A stretch of DNA of 15,229 nucleotides from Candidatus Methylomirabilis sp. (GTDB lineage: Bacteria; Methylomirabilota; Methylomirabilia; Methylomirabilales; Methylomirabilaceae): assembly GCA_041498975.1 (NCBI GenBank), contig JBGQJI010000054.1, forward strand, positions 1-15,229. The letters are read 5' to 3'. The notes beneath the pieces are model-generated. The model saw only the letters and a list, made by a program, of their open reading frames with translations, was not told the DNA's origin and made no database searches. A program made the position numbers and the translations under genes. Below, in pieces: positions 10,901 through 15,229 of this stretch. Each line of letters starts with the position of its first letter. Positions within the stretch are counted from its first letter, which is position 1.

Positions 10901-11845
10901 ATGCCAATCCTGACAACAAGAACGGCTCGCCTCACCCTCGCGGCTTGCCTCTTGGCGGCGACCGTCCACGGCTCACCGCCGGTGGAAGCGGCGAAGGTCG
11001 TCGCCCTCAAAAGCGCCGACGTCGACGTGTATAATGAGGTGCTGGAGGGGTTCAAGAGCAGCTTTCCAGGATCCGCTATTTCCGAGTATGATATGGAAGG
11101 AGATCTCCAGAAGGGGCGGAAGTTCCTGGCCCGGCTCAAGTCCGGCTCCAAGCCTGACCTCATTCTGGCGATAGGTATCTGGGCCTTGCAGGTTGCAGTC
11201 GAGGAGATTCGGGATATCCCGGTTGTCTTTGCCATGGTTCTGAACCCCACCACAGTGATTGGACAAGAGGCCCGCAATATCACCGGTGCCAGCATGAATG
11301 TTCCGATCGAGCAGCAGATCGCGCTGCTCAAGAAGGTCTCGCCTCAGGTGAGGAGGATCGGTGTCATCTACGATCCATCCAAGACCGGCTTCCTGGTCAG
11401 GCAGGCCGAACGGATCGCCCGCGATCAGGGCGTCAGGCTTGTCACGAAGGCCATCGCTTCATCCAAGGACTCCTTCGCCGCCCTCGATGCGATGCAGGGG
11501 GAGATCGACGCCCTCTGGATATTGCCGGATCTTACCGCCCTGGCACCGGAGTCGGTCCAGTACATGCTGCTCTTCTCATTCCGGAATAAGATCCCGCTGC
11601 TGGGCCTCTCAGAGAATCAGGCCAGGATGGGTGCCCTCCTCGGCCTATCGTTTGAGAGCGGCCGGGATATCGGGAGCCAGGCTGCAGAGTTGGCCAACGG
11701 GATCCTCTCGGGGAAAAGCGCCGGAGAGCTTCCGATCACCCCAGCGAGAAAGGTGAGGCTGACTGTCAATCTCAAGACTGCCGGCAAGCTCGGCCTGCAG
11801 ATCCCAAACGAGATCCTCGAACAGGCCGACGTGCTGATCCGATAG
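10901..11845 (+). CDS. Periplasmic substrate-binding protein (COG2984 / ABC_sub_bind-like), no adjacent permease
   Basis: Signal peptide; PDLILAIG, IPVVFAMV, ITGAS, RIGVIYDP, DALWILPD, G.QAAELA..IL.G, VNLKTAGKLGLQIP. Confidence 0.85.
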   Translation: MPILTTRTARLTLAACLLAATVHGSPPVEAAKVVALKSADVDVYNEVLEGFKSSFPGSAISEYDMEGDLQKGRKFLARLKSGSKPDLILAIGIWALQVAVEEIRDIPVVFAMVLNPTTVIGQEARNITGASMNVPIEQQIALLKKVSPQVRRIGVIYDPSKTGFLVRQAERIARDQGVRLVTKAIASSKDSFAALDAMQGEIDALWILPDLTALAPESVQYMLLFSFRNKIPLLGLSENQARMGALLGLSFESGRDIGSQAAELANGILSGKSAGELPITPARKVRLTVNLKTAGKLGLQIPNEILEQADVLIR

Positions 11846-11879
11846 CCCGGGGAATCAGAGGTCGCTCAAGGATGAGAAT

Positions 11880-14096
11880 ATGGTGTTCTGGCGTGTAACC
11901 AGATTCAGGACGAAAGTCCTCCTCTCGATCATTCCGATGATCCTGGCCCTCTGCGTCCTCTTCGGTGGGATGTCGCTCTACCAGCACAATCAGTTGCTGC
12001 GGCGTGAGTTCGTCAAGCGTGGAAAGGCCCTGGCCGGCGACTTGGCCGCCAGCGGCGAGCTGGGGGTCTTCAGTGAGGACGAGAGGCTGCTGAATGCCTC
12101 GCTGCGCGGGATCGCGGGCGAAGAGGACGTCGCCTACGTTTTTATCTACACCGATATGGGAAGACGCCTGGTCGGTGGAGGCAAGGCGCTGGCGCAACCT
12201 GGCTCGGCATCAGTCCCCGAGGCGTTGAACGACGAGATTCGTGCCCGCATCCTGGCCAGCCGGCAGCCAGTGAGGAGGAGTCTGGGTGGCGCCGGGGCGG
12301 AGTCATTCCTGGAATTCTATGCACCGATCCTCTCGGGCGAGGTGCGCATGGTTGAGGAACAATTCTTCGGGATGCCAAGGCCGGATCGTGCGCCTGGTGA
12401 TGACCGCACTCGGGTCATCGGGATTGCCAGGGTGGGGCTCTCGCTGAGGAACATCGATGCCCACTCATCCTACTTGATCAAGCTGTGGGCCATTCTGTCC
12501 ATTGGCTTCCTCGCGGCAGGCACCCTGGCCGCCTATGCGCTCTCCCGAAGGATCACGCAGCCGATCACCCGCCTGACGGAATCCGCCGCGAGGATGGCCG
12601 AAGGGCAGCTCGACCAGGAAATCCCCGTGACCTCTCGCGACGAGATCGGGACATTGGCGAGGACCTACAACGAGATGGCCAAGGCGCTGAAGCGAACCCT
12701 CGATGAGCGGGAACGGGTGGCAGCAGAGTTGAGGGACCTGAATCGGAACCTGGAAGACCGGATTCGCGAGCGGACCGCTCAACTCCGAGACCTGCACCGG
12801 CTCGGAGTGTCGATGCAAGAACCGCTGCCGTTGTCGGAGCGCCTGAACTTGATTCTGAAAGGGGTGCATGAGGTGATTGGGCTGGATCGGATCATCGTCT
12901 GGCTCCCGGACCAGGAGGAGACCTGTTTCGAGATGGCCGCCGCCACCGGGTGTGCTCAATCACCTCCAGGGGGCGTCAAGGTTCCGATCTCCGACGAGGT
13001 GCCCACCCTGGCCCGGGCTTACCGAGACAGGGTTGAAATCATTGTCGAGGGTGTGTCCTCGGTCCCGGTGGAGTTTCGCGTGCACCCCCCATACGACAGG
13101 GTGTCGGCGCTTCGCTCTCGCGCTTTCGTGGTCCTGCCGCTCATCTCTCGTGGCCGATCCGTCGGAGTCCTCGCCGCTGACAACGCCGTCAGCGGCCAAC
13201 CGATCGCGCCCCGGCTTGACCTGTTCCGCATCTTCGCCTCCCAGGCCGCAGTGGCAATCGAAAATGCCCAGCTTTTCCAGGAAGTGGAAGAGGCAAACCG
13301 CCAGCTCGCGCGTGCGAGCCGTCACAAATCGGAGTTCCTGGCCAACATGAGCCACGAACTCCGGACTCCCCTGAACGCGATCTTGGGATTTACCGAGCTG
13401 ATCATCGACGGGGTCTATGGGGAGGTCCCGGAGGAGCTGCGGGAGTCGATCGAGGACATCCATACGAATGGCCGGCATCTGCTCAGGCTCATTAGTGATG
13501 TGCTGGATCTCACCAAGATCGAAGCCGGGCGGATGCAGTTGAGCCTATCCGACTACTCTGTTCGAGAGCTGGTCGACTCCGTCCTCTCTGCGACCCGCTC
13601 GCTGGCGGCGGAGAAAGAGCTCACCCTGAGTAGCCAGGTTGACAAGGACCTGCCGCCGGCGTTCGGCGACAGCAAACGTCTCACCCAAGTTCTGATGAAC
13701 CTCGTGGGCAACGCCATCAAGTTCACTCAGGCCGGCGGCTCCGTGAACGTCACCGCGAAGCTCGTTCCGAGTTCCGAGTTTGGAGTTTTGAGTTCACAAC
13801 CCGAAACCCGAAACCCGAAACCCGAAACGGCGAGCGCGAGCGAGCTCATCGAATTCGCGGTGGCGGACACGGGAATCGGCATCGCTGAAGAGGAGAGGGA
13901 GAACATTTTCAGCGAATTTCGTCAAGTCGATAGCTCCATCACCAGGGAACACGGCGGGAGCGGCTTGGGACTCAGCATCGCCAAGCGGTTTGTCGAGTTG
14001 CACGGGGGGGCGATCTGGGTGGAAAGCCAGGTCGGACACGGGTCGGTCTTTTACTTCAGGATCCCCCTCAAGGCCCAGTGGGAGGGTGCGTCGTGA
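11880..14096 (+). CDS. Membrane sensor histidine kinase (TM-periplasmic-TM-HAMP-GAF-HisKA-HATPase)
   Basis: Two TM segments; HAMP (ITQPITRL...DEIGTLARTYNEM); GAF (VLPLISRGRSVGVL...ASQAAVAIENAQL); H-box FLANMSHELRTPLN; N-box NLVGNAIKFT; DTGIGI, F-box, GSGLGL. Confidence 0.95.
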   Translation: MVFWRVTRFRTKVLLSIIPMILALCVLFGGMSLYQHNQLLRREFVKRGKALAGDLAASGELGVFSEDERLLNASLRGIAGEEDVAYVFIYTDMGRRLVGGGKALAQPGSASVPEALNDEIRARILASRQPVRRSLGGAGAESFLEFYAPILSGEVRMVEEQFFGMPRPDRAPGDDRTRVIGIARVGLSLRNIDAHSSYLIKLWAILSIGFLAAGTLAAYALSRRITQPITRLTESAARMAEGQLDQEIPVTSRDEIGTLARTYNEMAKALKRTLDERERVAAELRDLNRNLEDRIRERTAQLRDLHRLGVSMQEPLPLSERLNLILKGVHEVIGLDRIIVWLPDQEETCFEMAAATGCAQSPPGGVKVPISDEVPTLARAYRDRVEIIVEGVSSVPVEFRVHPPYDRVSALRSRAFVVLPLISRGRSVGVLAADNAVSGQPIAPRLDLFRIFASQAAVAIENAQLFQEVEEANRQLARASRHKSEFLANMSHELRTPLNAILGFTELIIDGVYGEVPEELRESIEDIHTNGRHLLRLISDVLDLTKIEAGRMQLSLSDYSVRELVDSVLSATRSLAAEKELTLSSQVDKDLPPAFGDSKRLTQVLMNLVGNAIKFTQAGGSVNVTAKLVPSSEFGVLSSQPETRNPKPETASASELIEFAVADTGIGIAEEERENIFSEFRQVDSSITREHGGSGLGLSIAKRFVELHGGAIWVESQVGHGSVFYFRIPLKAQWEGAS
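13764..13828. repeat. Inverted heptamer arrays inside the kinase ATPase domain
   Basis: gttccga gttccga gtttgga gttttga gtt, loop cac, then (aacccga)x4 aac; two 31-nt arms. Confidence 0.92.
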
Positions 14097-14464
14097 GTGG
14101 GAAACTGATCATGCACGTCGAGGACAATGAATACAATCGGAAGATCGTCAGAGACCTTCTCTCCAGGAATCATTACGAGGTCGTGGAAGCCCAGAACGGC
14201 GCGGCGGCGCTGGAGGAATTGGCGCGGCGGCGCCCCGATCTTATCCTGATGGATGTTCAGTTGCCCAAGCTTTCCGGCCTCGAAGTGACCCGCATGATCA
14301 AGGCCGATCCGGCGCTTGCTCAGATCCCGATCATCGCCATCACTTCCTTCGCCTTGAGCGGCGATGACCGGCAGACGTTCGAGGCCGGTTGTAGCGGGTA
14401 CATCGCCAAGCCCTTCCGGCCGCGAGACCTTTTGGACATGATACGAAGGTTCATAGGCCCCTGA
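14093..14464 (+). CDS. Single-domain response regulator (DivK-like receiver)
   Basis: GTG start overlapping the kinase TGA (GTGA). VEDNEYN, DLILMDVQLP, IIAITSFALSGD, GCSGYIAKP. Confidence 0.92.
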   Translation: MSGKLIMHVEDNEYNRKIVRDLLSRNHYEVVEAQNGAAALEELARRRPDLILMDVQLPKLSGLEVTRMIKADPALAQIPIIAITSFALSGDDRQTFEAGCSGYIAKPFRPRDLLDMIRRFIGP

Positions 14465-14617
14465 GCACGTGCACAGATCCTTGCGACGGGATACCCGCCG
14501 GGTCGGCGAACCTCTTGCGAGCATCGTCCTGATCTCTGGAGAGGTCGTTGTTGGTCTGCTGGCAGAGCACGGTCCACTTCGGGCGCGCCGTACTTGCGGC
14601 AGCGCGGGTGAAGAGCG

Positions 14618-15229
14618 ATGGGAGACTACCGAGCGAAAGTTCTGATCGTTGATGATGATCCGTCCGCCAGGAAGATCCTCCAGACCCGGTTACGGATCAT
14701 GAATTTCCAGGCCCTGGTTGCGTCCGGCGGCGCCGAAGCCCTGGAGCAAATCCGCCGCGAAACACCTTTAATCGTCCTCCTGGATCTGCAGATGCCGAAG
14801 ATGTCCGGAATCGACGTCCTTAAGTCATTGAAGCGCGAGGGACTGGAGGCGACGGTGATCGTCGTGACCGCGCACGCGACCATCGAGATCGCCGTGGAAG
14901 CCATGAAGCAAGGGGCCTACGACTTCATCACCAAACCCGTCGATCCGAAGCACTTGGAGATCGTCGTGGAGAAGGCGTTCGAGCGAGAGGCGCTGCGCGC
15001 GCAGAATCGCTTCCTGCAGACAGAGGTGGAGGGTCACCTCGTTGAGATCGTCACAAGGAATCCAGGCATGCAGCACCTGCTGCAGCTCGCGCGGCGCGTC
15101 TCGGGCAGCAATACGACGATCCTGCTGTTAGGGGAAAGCGGGACCGGCAAAGAAGTCCTGGCCAGAACAATTCATCAGTGGAGCCCCAGGGCAGGGTATC
15201 CTTTCACGGTCGTGAACTGCGTGGCCATC
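14618..15229 (+). CDS. Sigma54-dependent NtrC/AtoC-family response regulator (3'-truncated; absent from ORF track)
   Basis: Manual translation: MGDYRAKVLIVDDD...LLDLQMP...VTAHATIEIAVEAMKQGAYDFITKP...ILLLGESGTGKEVLARTIH...PFTVVNCVAI, i.e. a receiver domain plus the start of the AAA+ domain. Open to the window end. Confidence 0.95.
   Translation, partial: MGDYRAKVLIVDDDPSARKILQTRLRIMNFQALVASGGAEALEQIRRETPLIVLLDLQMPKMSGIDVLKSLKREGLEATVIVVTAHATIEIAVEAMKQGAYDFITKPVDPKHLEIVVEKAFEREALRAQNRFLQTEVEGHLVEIVTRNPGMQHLLQLARRVSGSNTTILLLGESGTGKEVLARTIHQWSPRAGYPFTVVNCVAI

Noticed and set aside
14465..14617. 153-bp gap before the sigma54 regulator with small dyads (GCACGTGC, GATCTCT/AGAGGTC)
   Set aside because: Short stems expected at this GC content. 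No terminal inverted repeats, no TGGCAC-N-TTGC sigma54 site and no U-tract.

Overview
GC-rich bacterial chromosome window; the taxon cannot be assigned from sequence alone. Left, on +: a 5'-truncated alanine dehydrogenase, a class I SAM methyltransferase and an RlmI-family rRNA methyltransferase. These converge on a minus-strand housekeeping operon, yebC-ruvC-ruvA-ruvB-DUF2905-queA-tgt-yajC. Right, divergent on +: a signalling cluster of an outer-membrane beta-barrel (COG4313-like), an orphan COG2984-like substrate-binding protein, a HAMP-GAF histidine kinase, a DivK-like receiver and a 3'-truncated sigma54 (NtrC-like) regulator. The unusual content is sub-genic. (1) Three 65-85 bp 'heptamer-array / loop / inverted heptamer-array' palindromes, each with a different unit, are translated in frame inside queA (+28 aa), the kinase ATPase domain (+22 aa) and the tgt C-terminus. 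(2) Two different MITE-like elements (100 bp and 211 bp) with terminal inverted repeats sit at YTAR tetranucleotides overlapping stop codons; the larger one encloses a long folded, possibly pseudoknotted core.
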